Part shown: piece by piece, positions 48,448 through 59,700 of the stretch | Layout of the letters: each line of letters opens with the position of its first letter | Position numbering within the stretch: position 1 is the stretch's first letter | Origin: Takakia lepidozioides | Lineage: Eukaryota; Plantae; Bryophyta | NCBI GenBank assembly: GCA_030704615.1 | Contig: CM060733.1 | Coordinates: 25,172,001-25,236,000 of the forward strand | Reading direction: 5' to 3' | DNA length: 64,000 nucleotides | Position numbers and translations under genes: made by a program | Notes under the pieces: model-generated | What the model was told of the DNA's origin: nothing | Seen by the model: only the letters and a program-made list of their open reading frames with translations | Database searches by the model: none

Positions 48448-49155
48448 TGTGTGGACTAGTGACTGCCATAGTGGGCAGCATAGTGGCAGCCTAGTGACTG
48501 ACTAGTTGTAGCCTAGTGGTTGGACTAGTGGCTGGACTAGTGGTGGACTAGTGGTATACTAGTGTGTGGTGTGCACATATGTTGTGTGGTTTTGGACAGC
48601 GATGTAGTTGTGTAGCGATATATATGCGCATGACAGCTGTCAAGTTATTTTACCACTAGTGTGAAACTAGCTAGGAAATAGTTAGCTTTTACATATTGAC
48701 ATTTGGGATTGGCCCAAGTGTCAATCCAGGGGTCAAGGCAGATTTAGGCCCTGGAGTGGTTATCTTCACGGCAAGCGCGGAAGGCTCATCTTTCTCGAGC
48801 TGAGCCTCACCGCGCCTAGCTATGGCGCCGTAGTGTGGATTCCCCATGGTGTGGGATGCACTTGGCTTGACTTGTATTTGAGTGATGAGGTTATATATGC
48901 ATGAGTTTATGCTTCAGCTTTGTGAGCTCGCATGAGCTTGTGCTTGTATTCTTCTTCTTTATCATTGTGTGGACTAGTGACTGCCATAGTGGGCAGCATA
49001 GTGGCAGCCTAGTGACTGACTAGTTGTAGCCTAGTGGTTGGACTAGTGGCTAGACTAGTGGTGGACTAGTGGTATACTAGTGTGTGGTGTGCACATGTGT
49101 TGTGTGGTTTTGGACAACGATGTAGTTGTGTAGCGATATGTATGCGCACGACACA
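48448..49155 (+). repeat. 3' LTR of element E (708 bp), bounded by two ~188-bp direct repeats rich in ACTAGT
   Basis: Follows PPT AGGGGGGCGA; starts TGTGT and ends ACACA; 48448-48635 is approximately equal to 48966-49153. Confidence 0.8.
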
Positions 49156-50380
49156 GGCAAAATGTGAATGCCTGTTGGAGCATAGGAACTAGTGTGATAA
49201 GTAGGGTTGGGGTGTTTGCTGGAACAATTCTAGAGTGTTATTGTCAGCTGCTAGCATCAAGGCAAGGATGTATGCATGATTTGTGCAGAGGCATGGATAG
49301 CTGAAGGAGCAGGGAGCAGTGTGGGTCCAGATTCATCCAAGAGGGCCGGATTTCAAGCTCCAGATTGCCTACAATTCCCTGTGGAAGCAACACACACCTC
49401 GCACACACAAGAGGTCCTCTTGGGTGCATGGTCAGTGAAATCCTCCATGGGTCATGACACAAGGTCGAGGACAATGTGGTGAGGGCACCTTCTTCTTCGA
49501 CCTATTTCAGCCTATTTTTCCCTCTCATCAGACCCAACCCTGAATTTACATATTGAATGCTGTAAGTTAGCTCATTGGGTGGATGTGGGGTGGTTTGGAG
49601 TGACTTTGACAAGTTACTGCTGGTGTGGCAGCAGGAAAATATCCAAAAATAGATAACAAGATGAAGAGAATCTTTGGGATGAACACTTTCCGATCCCTAA
49701 GTCCTAGGTTGGGGTGTTTTCTGGAAGAACTTCATGCCGTCACTGTTAGCTGCTAGCAGCAAGGCTGAGGGATGTATTCATGATCTGTACACGGGCAGGG
49801 ATAGCTGAGGGACCAGGGATAGAGGTCCAGATTCATGTTCAGGTTCAGGCCGAGGGATCAATAGCTAAAAGAAATCAGCTGGAGTAGATGGTCACTTGTT
49901 GCAAGTGGAAACAATAGCGGCAGCACAATTGATAGAATGAGGTGCCGCTAATGAAGGCACCTTCCTCAACACATTTCAGCCTGTTTTTCCAAATAGGGTT
50001 GGGGTGTAAGAACAAATCTAGGCTGTCATCATCAACTGCTAGCAGCAAGACAATGATATATGCATGATTTGTGCAGAGGCATAGATGAAGGAGCAGGGAT
50101 AGAGTGTGGGTGCAGATTCACCCAAGAGGGCAGGCATCTTATTCAACACATTTCACCTTGTTTTTCCCTCTAATCAGAATCGGCCCTAAATTTCCATGTT
50201 GAATTCTGCAAGTTAGCTGGTTGAATGAATCTAGTTTGGAGTGACTTTGACATGATACTGCCAATGTGACAACAGGAAAATATCAAAAAACAAGTAACAA
50301 AGATGAGGAGAAGTTGTGGAATGAATACTATTCTGCCCCAGTCAATGATGGCCAAGGCAAAAAGGTGAATGCCTGTTACA
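49156..50380 (+). repeat. Three degenerate tandem copies of a segment homologous to the 5' part of the PPR pseudogene
   Basis: TAGGGTTGGGGTG…CTGCTAGCA.CAAG…GATGTATGCATGATTTGTGCAGAGGCA at ~49202, ~49705, ~49995; same block at ~53606-53770. Confidence 0.7.
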
Positions 50381-51789
50381 TTTCATAGACTAGCAGACGC
50401 ATCAACCACAAGGCCAGCAAATGCAAGTATAACAACATTGTGGTGGTCGGCCAAAGCCTACACACCAAGGTCTAAACATGAGCATCATGCTTGCATACAC
50501 TAAATGGACGCAAACGGGAAATGTTGGTACAGTTAAAGCTGTCATCCAAAGTACCTTTGTGACTCCAGTGCAAATGCAATATGCAGCCCTAAGTCTCCTA
50601 TAGTAGCAAATGAATTTTAGTTGTTAGAGCAAAGCAGCCGTCAAGCATTATGTTGGCCCATATTGCATTCCAGTTTTCCATTTGGAAGCCTTGGCTGGCC
50701 CATTTTTCATTCCATTTGTTGTGTTAAATGTTGTCCGCTTGGCGAAGGGATTTGTAGGCATCTTTCGCAGTGCAAGCAAGGAACGGCCAGTGATTAAGTT
50801 GTAGAGACTAACCTGCACACCCTTGCCTCCTTGCCGCCTGATTTTTCAAAAAGAAACTACTTCATACCAACCCATTCTAAGTTATAACAAAGTTGATACT
50901 CTTATGCAGCGTGACAAGTCCTCACAAACACTTCAATCAATAGTTGGTCGATGTGGTATTCAGGAGCCTCTCCCTTCGGTTTGTGCAGATATTTGCTTCG
51001 GACTCATGGGTGTTCACTACAATTTTTCTACATTTGATACAATTTTTCTAATGTGTGGACTTTTTTTGTTTTTGCTCATTTTGGTCTTCTAAGTTCCACG
51101 ACAATATGCCCTCCTCCTCGCCTTGGGTATAGGGCCTGGTTCTCCGACAACACCATCATACATTCACGCATTAGTTGGTGACTGTGAGCCCATCAACTCA
51201 CATACTCATGGGGCTAGGCTCACTCACAGCTTCAACTCCATGTGTGTGTAAACTAAGCCATGCATCTTCTATGATCAAGATTTCATGTTCTACCTTTGAC
51301 TCCCAAGATGTCATACCCTTGTGAAGCGTTTGATATTTTGTGGTCTATCTCACATTGGCTACAAAGACACTTTGACTCATCCAATGTACAAAGTATGAAC
51401 TTGTGAAAGCCTTATCACTAAATTTATTTATTTTTAGCTTCAAACAACCATGATATGATTATATCTCTTGCGTTCATTTTGCAAGAGATATCATGACCTG
51501 GAAGGGTTTGAAACATTTTTTCAATGCACAGCTTCAAAACCCATCTTGGTGTGAACATTATAATTTTTATTTGGCCTTCAAAAGGCGTCAAATAACTGAT
51601 TTTATGACAGGCTTGCAGCTCAAAATATTCTTGTTTGCTTTAAAAAACGCATCACATGTATTTTTATTTTCTGCGAGTGATGAGGCCATCAAACGTTTGT
51701 CAATTTTTTGAAATAGAGAGACATATTCCACTACTACCTTCTACAACGTGAATTAGCTGTGCTTCTCATTTTACAATAATTGGGATGTT

Positions 51790-52270
51790 ATGGTGCACGC
51801 GCGAACTGACCGGTGGGCCCTGCGCACAGACGCCCGGCTCCCCCCCACCCGGACCTCCCCGCCCGCCGCTGCGCGCGGTCGCCCAGCTGCTGCTGCGGCC
51901 CCACCAGCCGCGCCCGCGGCAGCCCCGCCAGCGCTCCGCCACGGCCCCAGTCCGGCACGGTCAATCCGCCCGCCAGTCCGCTGCCCATGAGTCCAGTTCC
52001 CCTCAGTCCGCCAAACCGCCAGTTTGCCGGCCAGTCTGCTGTGCACGCCAGTCCACTGTGCCAGTCCCCGCAAGTCCACCCAACAGTCCGATGTGCCCGT
52101 CTGCTGCCCCCAGTTTGCCAGTCTACCAGTCCGCGCCGGCCGAAGGATCTGGATCGTCCATTCTGAGAAACCCATCCGCGCCATCCATGCCAGTCCACCC
52201 AACAGTCTACCCGCCAGTCCACCGCCCATGAGTCCGCTTTCCTCCAGTCCACTCATGATGCCGCATCTGG
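51790..52270. repeat. GC-rich region with many CCAGTC/CGCC motifs upstream of the MULE-like fragment (promoter or subterminal repeats)
   Basis: Sharp GC island with recurrent (G)CCAGT(C/T) motifs. Confidence 0.5.
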
Positions 52271-52463
52271 TTCGTCCATTCGTAAATGCCATCTGAGCCC
52301 TCTATTTTTAGGGCATGATTTCAAACCTTATCCCTGCCGCCTGCCACTTGCCAGCAGCCGCGAACGTGCGCACTGATGCTCCTTGCACGTTGTCCATCGT
52401 GTCTAGTGTATTGCGGCGCGTTTCTTGCCGGTTCTGAAGCGTGTCCTCTGTACTGTACAGGGC

Positions 52464-52990
52464 ATGGACGTGGAAGCAGAAGGTGATGATATACTAAAAA
52501 CGGGATGCTGGATTATACGGCCTCTTCGACAAAGTTTGCAAACACCCAAACCAAGACCTTTCAACACGAAGGACCTCCAATGGAAGAGAGAAACACAATA
52601 TGGTTATATGGGTGCCAGACAGAATGTTCTGAAGGCCTGCATACCGTGGGATAGAGTTGATGACTTTCTCCTTGGAGAGGAGAGCAATTCTCTGAACAGT
52701 ATCATGTGTGCACCATCCTCATCGTCCTTTTGTAGTATGATTGCATGTTTGTTGCCATTTTTCGTACCCACGTTCTGTGATTTCATGCTTCCAGAAGTCG
52801 ATGGATATCCATTGTGATTTTTATGTCCAGGTATCAATGCTGCTACGGTCCAGATGACAAGCGCACCAACAATGCGATAGTGGAGGATCCCAAACTGAAA
52901 CGTGGAGGACCTCTTGTGGGTGCTAGAACATCTCACCCTCATAAAGGCCCAAGGAGAAAGAAGTCGGAATATGAAGAGTCTTACAAGCAC
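52464..52990 (+). pseudogene. N-terminal fragment of a plant SWIM-zinc-finger/MULE-transposase-related protein
   Basis: FNTKDLQW..ACIPWDRVDDFLLGEES and, after an AG acceptor (~52831), YQCCYGPDDKR; recalls the IPxxRVDDFxxGE / YWCSFGPDD motifs of this family. Confidence 0.6.
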
Positions 52991-53499
52991 TAGAAGCATT
53001 CGTGTCTTTTCCGAATCGACAGGGTGTCCGCCAACCACTCCGGGAACCACTTAGCAGTAAGCGGGACTACTGGAGAGTCAAAACGGACAATGTGGGCCCA
53101 CGGGGCATTTTAGACGACGGACAGAAGTTGGGTCAACGACTCCGGAGTCGTAGCAAAAATCCGGGCTATTTAATTAATTACGGAAATACATAAAATTTGA
53201 AAAAACGGAAATTCCAAGTGGTTCTAATTACTGCACATGCGACTAGAAATTTTCATTCATAATTTGATTAATGGAATAAAGATATTTATTCATTAAAGTG
53301 AATATGTAGTCGACTCAACGACTCCATGAACCACTGCGCATTGATTGTACCCGTGATTCGGGACCACATTTGCTGACGTGTGTTTCACAAGAACAGGTAA
53401 AGAAAATGTGGCATTGGGGGAATAAATATTTCAATATGTACTGCCTCCACCTGGAAGTGACATGGAAGGTCCATGGTCCAGCTTGTAGGGTTTGTCGTT

Positions 53500-55070
53500 C
53501 TGAACACCGCCCTGGTGGACATGTATCCCACATTGAAGATGCGAAGGTAGTGTTCGATTGTGGCTCAACGAGATGTGGTGTCGTGGAGTGCGATGATCGG
53601 CAACGAGGCAAGGATGTATGCATGATTTGTGCAGAGGCAGTGATAGCTAAAGGAGCATGATAGAGTGTGGGTCCATATTCATCCAAGAGGGTCGGATTTC
53701 AAGCTCCAGATTACCTATGGATCCCTGTGGAAGGATAGCTACAAGAAACCTCCATGGGTACATGGTCAGCTGGAAGCGGCAGCTGTAGTGGCACAGTTGA
53801 TAAAATCAGGCACCTCAACCATGACCACAACTTCTGGAACAAGATCAAGAGAGGGAGTCCACAATGCCTCTTCTGGCACTTATGGGCATGTGAAGATGCT
53901 TTATGAGGCAGGCAGACTGAAAGAGGCTCTACAGATTTTAAACAGAGGCATTTCAGCAGATGTAGATACGTATGTGTGTCTCTTGCATAAGTGCATCAAG
54001 ATGAAAGGCCTAGAAGTTGGAAAGCAGGTGCACACTCACATTGTCCAAAGTGGATTCACGCCGAATTTTTCTACTCAACAACCTTGTCAACATGTATGTT
54101 AAGGGGAGCATCATGGATGATCACCAAGTGTTCAACACAGAATGCCTCAACGATCTTTAATCACGTGGAATATAATGTTGGCAGGATTACCAAGCATGGG
54201 CGTGGTATGAATGCTTTGGAGACCTGTGAGCAAATGCGCGAAGGGGTGAAGCCCAACCACATCGTGTTTGTATGTGTTTGCAATGCATGTGCAAGCCTGG
54301 AAAAGGGGAACGAGGTCCATGGTGACATCGGTCAAAGCTGGAATTGCACCGGATGTCATTCTGAACACTACCTGACCTGGACATGTATGCCAAATGTGGA
54401 TGCATTGAGGATGCAAAGGGCGTTTTCGACACTATGGCTAAACGAGATGTGGTGTTGTGGAGTGCGATGCTTGCAGGGTATGCACAACAGGGACGTGGGA
54501 TGGAGGCTTTGGAGACCTATGATCCAATGATGGGGGAGGGGGTGAAGCCTGACCACTTTGTGTGCATTTGCAATGCTTGTGCAAGCCTGGCAGCCCTGGA
54601 CAAGGGCAAAGAGGTGCATGGGGATATCATCAAAGCTGGAATTGTACCAAATGTCATTCTGAACACTGCCTCGGCAGTTTTGGAAAAGGGGAAAGAGGTC
54701 CATGGCGACATCTTCAGAGCTGGAATTGTACCAAATGTCAGTCTGAACCATACCCTGGTGGACATGTATGTGAAATGTGGTGCATCGAGCCTGAACGAGG
54801 GCAAAGAGGTGCATGGGGTATCATCAAAGCTGGAATTGTACCAAATGTCATTATGAACACTTCCCTGGCAGCTCTGGAAAAAGGGGAAAGAGGTGCATGG
54901 CATCTTCAGAGCTGGAATTGTACCAAATGTCATTCTGAACCATATCCTGGTGGACATGTATGCAAAATGTGCATTGAGCCCTGGACAAGGGCGAAGCGGT
55001 GCATGGGGTATCATCGAAGTGGAATTGTACCAAATGTCATTATGAACACTTCCCTGGCAGCTCTGCTCCC
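53500..55070 (+). pseudogene. PLS-class pentatricopeptide repeat pseudogene with internal tandem duplications
   Basis: GRLKEALQIL..TYVCLLHKC..GKQVHTHI; DMYAKCGCIEDAKGVFDTMAKRDVVLWSAMLAGYAQQGRGMEAL; many frameshifts; repeated GKEVHGDIIKAGIVPNV units; no E/DYW domain seen. Confidence 0.88.
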
Positions 55071-56711
55071 AAGGCTGTGAGGCCAGCAATACCTGCATTC
55101 ATGTTGAAGCATAACTTATAGAAGCACTGGTCCCTTTCAGCCAGAGGTGTGTGTACATGGGGCGGATTCCCTTGGATTCTCGCCTTCATGTGCTCATGCA
55201 TGGGCTGCTAGCTGGGGCAGCTCCGTGGGTTCAAATCCCACCCATGCAAGGCTACTATGGGTGTGAAATGACGGTGAAGGTTGGTGTGCTGTGTTCTTGT
55301 GCTTGATTCAGGCTTTGCCAAAATAGTGGGAGATTGTGGTTTGACTATTGTACATATGAATTTCATTTTGGGAGCCTTGCACTTGAGAAAAACTTAGCCA
55401 AAACAATGAGAGAAGATAGTAGAAGCTGCTGTGCACATGAATGGCACAATTGCTGGCCTTATGCTTCAGCAATACTTAGCCTCTTAGCCAAAACTGCTGC
55501 TGCCTATGCCAATTTTTGACCCCCCCCTTACTTTGTCCAGCAGCCAATCAAAAATGTTCTTGCCCAGTGTTCGAACACTGGGCAAAAATGTTCAAAATTT
55601 TGAAAGCCTTACAGAGAATTTGTTTTTTTACCTGCAAATGCAGATGGCAGGATCAACATTTGGACAACTGGGTTTTAGGTTTTGGGTTTAGGGTGCACAG
55701 CATTTGGACAGTTGAGATTAGGGTTTAGCATTTGGACAGTTGGGGAGGAATGCAATCTGCAAAGAGCTCAGGTCCGATGCTTTGCATGCTGCTTGCACAA
55801 ATGTTGCTCACTCACTTGTCTTCCTTTCGAGTCTTTGTCAACGGACTGGCTCGAAGTCAAGATGTAGATGAGGCCCCCCCATGCTTATGCGCTAGGGAAC
55901 ACAAATGAGGTTCATGCCAAGAGCTTTCTTAAGGCATCAAAATTGAATGGTGGTTTTGAGCATAGTCCAGGGGAACCTTGATTCACTCCTACTTTAAAGA
56001 ATGTCAGAGGCTGCATATCAGGCCTCTCTTAGACATCTCCTTCCTTGTGAGCTACCATTTCTAGTGATACTCCCACCCAAAGTCTTCCCACACAATGGGC
56101 ATCAACAAATCTCAACCACTGTGTATACAATATTGGACATAACAGAAATCTAGATTATCAATAGCAAAGTGCTCTTGTCCACTTGCATCAGGTCCAATCG
56201 AACAACACAGATGAGTGGACCCAGTGGACAGGGGGGGAAAAGCAAGTGGGACATGGTCCACCATAGCAAGTGCTGCAAAGCGGGACCTATGGAGTGCAGG
56301 ACCACATAAGTGTACACCCCTCTTCTTGACTACAACTGCCCTCCATCCTTCATCTCTTTGGAATCATCGCTAGTGCTGCCGCAGAACTATACAGGACTGG
56401 CTCTTGAAGAACATTCTCTTCCTCCCTTTTGTGGGACTGGTGATTGGACCTGAGAAGTTCTTTTGAAACAAGGGAGATGATATTCCAGTGAACTTTAGAG
56501 ATTTGACTCCAATGAGACACGAGGAGTATCTTGCAAGCCAACTAACCACACACTTCTGTAACCTGGAACTCCCCACCTGGAGGGGAAGGTGCTGGGATAT
56601 GGCAGCACAACACAACCCAACAACAATTTCAATAAATACAATGAGATATGGTACAGACCCAAAGAGCAGCCAAAGCTAGTCACCACAGCATCTTTCAGCC
56701 TCCTCCGCCTC

Positions 56712-59700
56712 TTATGTTCCTCCATGTCTAGTGACATTGGCCACCAGAGAGTCTTTCAGCTTCTGGACTTCCACACTCTCGTCGTCAATGACAAAGCCCT
56801 CCTGCACAGAGAGTAAGCACACCACCTACTTCAGTGTGTCGTCCATCTGGCTACAAGTTCGTGATACATATATTGTGTATATCCCCCGACGGCTCCCATA
56901 GCACTGGAAACAGAGTAAGAAAAAAGTGCTTGAACAGCCTGGAGAAGGAAAGTATTGTACTGCAGATGGATCCCCCATTCAAGCGTTTTTACAAAGAAGA
57001 TCTGAGATGTATGTGCCATGCATTGGGTGCTTGTGACCAAAGTCAAACAAGTGTGGAAACAAGACATGCATTCTTCTGAAGAGTACTCATGCATCTCGCT
57101 ACATGATTACTGCCCATAGAGCTGATGTCTAATACCAATACATCAAGATCTCACCAACTTTATTTCTTCTCAAAGGCCAAGACAAACACTTACCAATCTT
57201 ACAATGGAAATAGACCCTGTACTTCCAGATAAAAGAAGAATGGGAGATTCCTCTGAGAAGAGGAGGCAAGATAACGTGCAGTTCTCTATCAAATGTACAA
57301 GCACAGGCTTCATCACCGAAATTTGCATGTCCCATACCTGTCATCCCACCAACCACCTTTAGCTGGATAAGGTGTGGGTTCAGCAAACTCATGTGGCATA
57401 GTGAACATGGCCGTGATTACCTCTCCATTTGACAACCTTGTCCACCTGCTGGTTTGACTCACAAGAGACCATAACTAGATACAAAGGAAGCATCTACGGG
57501 ATGTCTACGGGATGCCATAGGCGGTTGGCACCAGTGCCATTGGCATGGGCAATTTGCAGTGCACATTTTCAGGAGACATGTTTGTTAGTCTCTATAGATG
57601 ACCCATTAGTACATACTATCTAAGGAATCCAGCCAGGTCTGATTCTTGTCCCACCAATTTCTCTACTCTGGTATATTGCACAATGGGTACTGCATAAATA
57701 CATCTCTCAGAATTGTAATGGAGGTTCTCCATCGCAGTCACTCCTTGTAATAATAGTACAGAGAACTGGCTTGAAAACACATGACACAACCTTGGTTGTG
57801 TGGTGCGGCACTATCCACATACGACAATCACCCATGGTTCTTCTTTCTTTCTTGCTCCAGTCTATTTGCAGACAACTGAAAAGGTTGCAAAGTAGTTTGG
57901 TTCGATTACCCTCACACAGCCATTTTGATAACTCTTAAAAATGGAAGCTCACCTCCAAGTGACCATCGGTGGAAACCAAGCCAAAGACGCATGAGTTGGA
58001 AATCGACCACCGGACATCTGCCACACTCACATTGGTTGTCTGGAAAACCAACAGTGCAGACTCCTGCAGTGCCACTCCCAAATTTTCTTATCTAAACAAC
58101 ATCGCACATTCAACCACACCAATATTAAGCACAGTAGGTGTAGGGACACAGCTGCCAGCACAATCTTATTTTCAAGACTGCCAATCACATTACACAAAAC
58201 AAAGCATTACTAAGAAAGAGAGACACATCAATGCAAGGTTTGAATCTACTCTCAATCCCAAGGTTAAGCACACAAACTTTGGATTCATTAGCCCCCTGCA
58301 AAGAACTGAAACTGCGAGGAAACTTACCATTCCTACACCTGCTACACCCTGTGATCATTTAGGTCTTGGAAGATAGCCACATAATTCTTCGGCAAATCAA
58401 CCATACAAATCCAAGCTCTACCCTCACATGGGACCTGAGAGGGACCTGAAGAGGGACTACAGAACTCTATGCACATTTGCTGAACCAATTCCACCTCAAT
58501 GAGTGGACCACAACATTGTGCTCTCAGCCAATTGAGAGGTTAGGTTATTGTTTGGGAGAGTGCTGTCATGGGAAGTTTCCTCTTCTGACATGGCAGACTG
58601 GAGGCATACAGGCCATGCCAAAAAAGAACAACAATCTTTCTAAAATAGATGCCAGTACCTGCTCTTCACTCCAGAGCCGGACAGTCCAGTCGCTACTGCA
58701 GCTCAAAAACAAATACGACAGAAATGGTGACCACCGCACCTGTACCATCATCACCAATCAAACTTCTCAAGACCTCTGTTGTGGCACTCTGACATTACAT
58801 GTTAGCCGTAACCATACATCTGCCAAAAATGCTAGCCAGCGAGTAATTCATCTTGCCACCTTGTCTGTGGTGCCATTTACGCAGCAGGAGAGAGTGATGG
58901 GAACCTGATAGACAGGTCCATTGTGCCCCACATAAGTCTGCATGTACTGTTCATTGTAAGACCGATCACACTTATAGATTCGCCCTTCTTCAGTACCTAC
59001 CAGATATACACTACACACCCCAATTTCCCACAAAAACGACATGATGCATGTTAACCAGACAACTTCAGAGAGTTCTGCATGGCTCAAAACCTTTCCAACC
59101 AGGCATTACCGTTTCAACATGGGTAGGAAAGACTGGGAAGGAGCACAAGGGAAAAAGTAATGACAACCTGATATGACATACCATGCCCTGCATCTGAAAT
59201 GTCCTGGTCACTTTCAAGTCAGCATTTGTGGTGGCCCAGATATTAGTTGGAGATTTATTGGACTACGGCCCCATATAAGACAAGCATGTTTACAATAAGT
59301 CCTGCCCAGCTGGACTATGTGCAATAACTCTCCAGGAGAGAATGATCATTCTGAGAGGGTAATAGGGACCTTGAGTATGAGACAGTTCTAAGGGATGAAT
59401 TCTTAAATTTTTTTTGCCCCTATTACATCTAGTCTACAGAGTCCACAAAACAGAAACATGGGGTTACTGAGAGCACTACTACTGGCTATAACGACACAGT
59501 GGAAGTTATAATTCTGTGAATCTTACCCTGGATCTTTTGGAGAGAAGTCAAAACACAGCCCAGCAGCACGTCTGGATATGAAGGGCTGTGGCTGAGCACC
59601 TCTGTTTTGGCTGGGGGCCTTCTTCAGTTTCATCAGGTTCACATATTCCAAATCCTTGCATTGCAAGTGCCAACTCTTTGGTTTCAGATCTCAGACATTA

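Larger units (their letters stand above)
42013..49155 (+). mobile_element. Ty3/Gypsy LTR retrotransposon E encoding a DNMT3-like DNA methyltransferase and a C-terminal PHD finger (5' end in the gap)
   Basis: Order: CCHC knuckles - PR - C5-MTase - RT - RH - INT - PHD - PPT - LTR, all on the + strand. Confidence 0.92.

Noticed and set aside
51771-52296. Overlapping Pro/Ala/Gly-rich ORFs on both strands
   Set aside because: Expected from very high GC and short repeats; no recognisable domain.
55660-55745. Telomere-like TTTAGGG/GGGTTT motifs
   Set aside because: Only a few degenerate units within a small local repeat (GCATTTGGACA x3); not a telomeric array.
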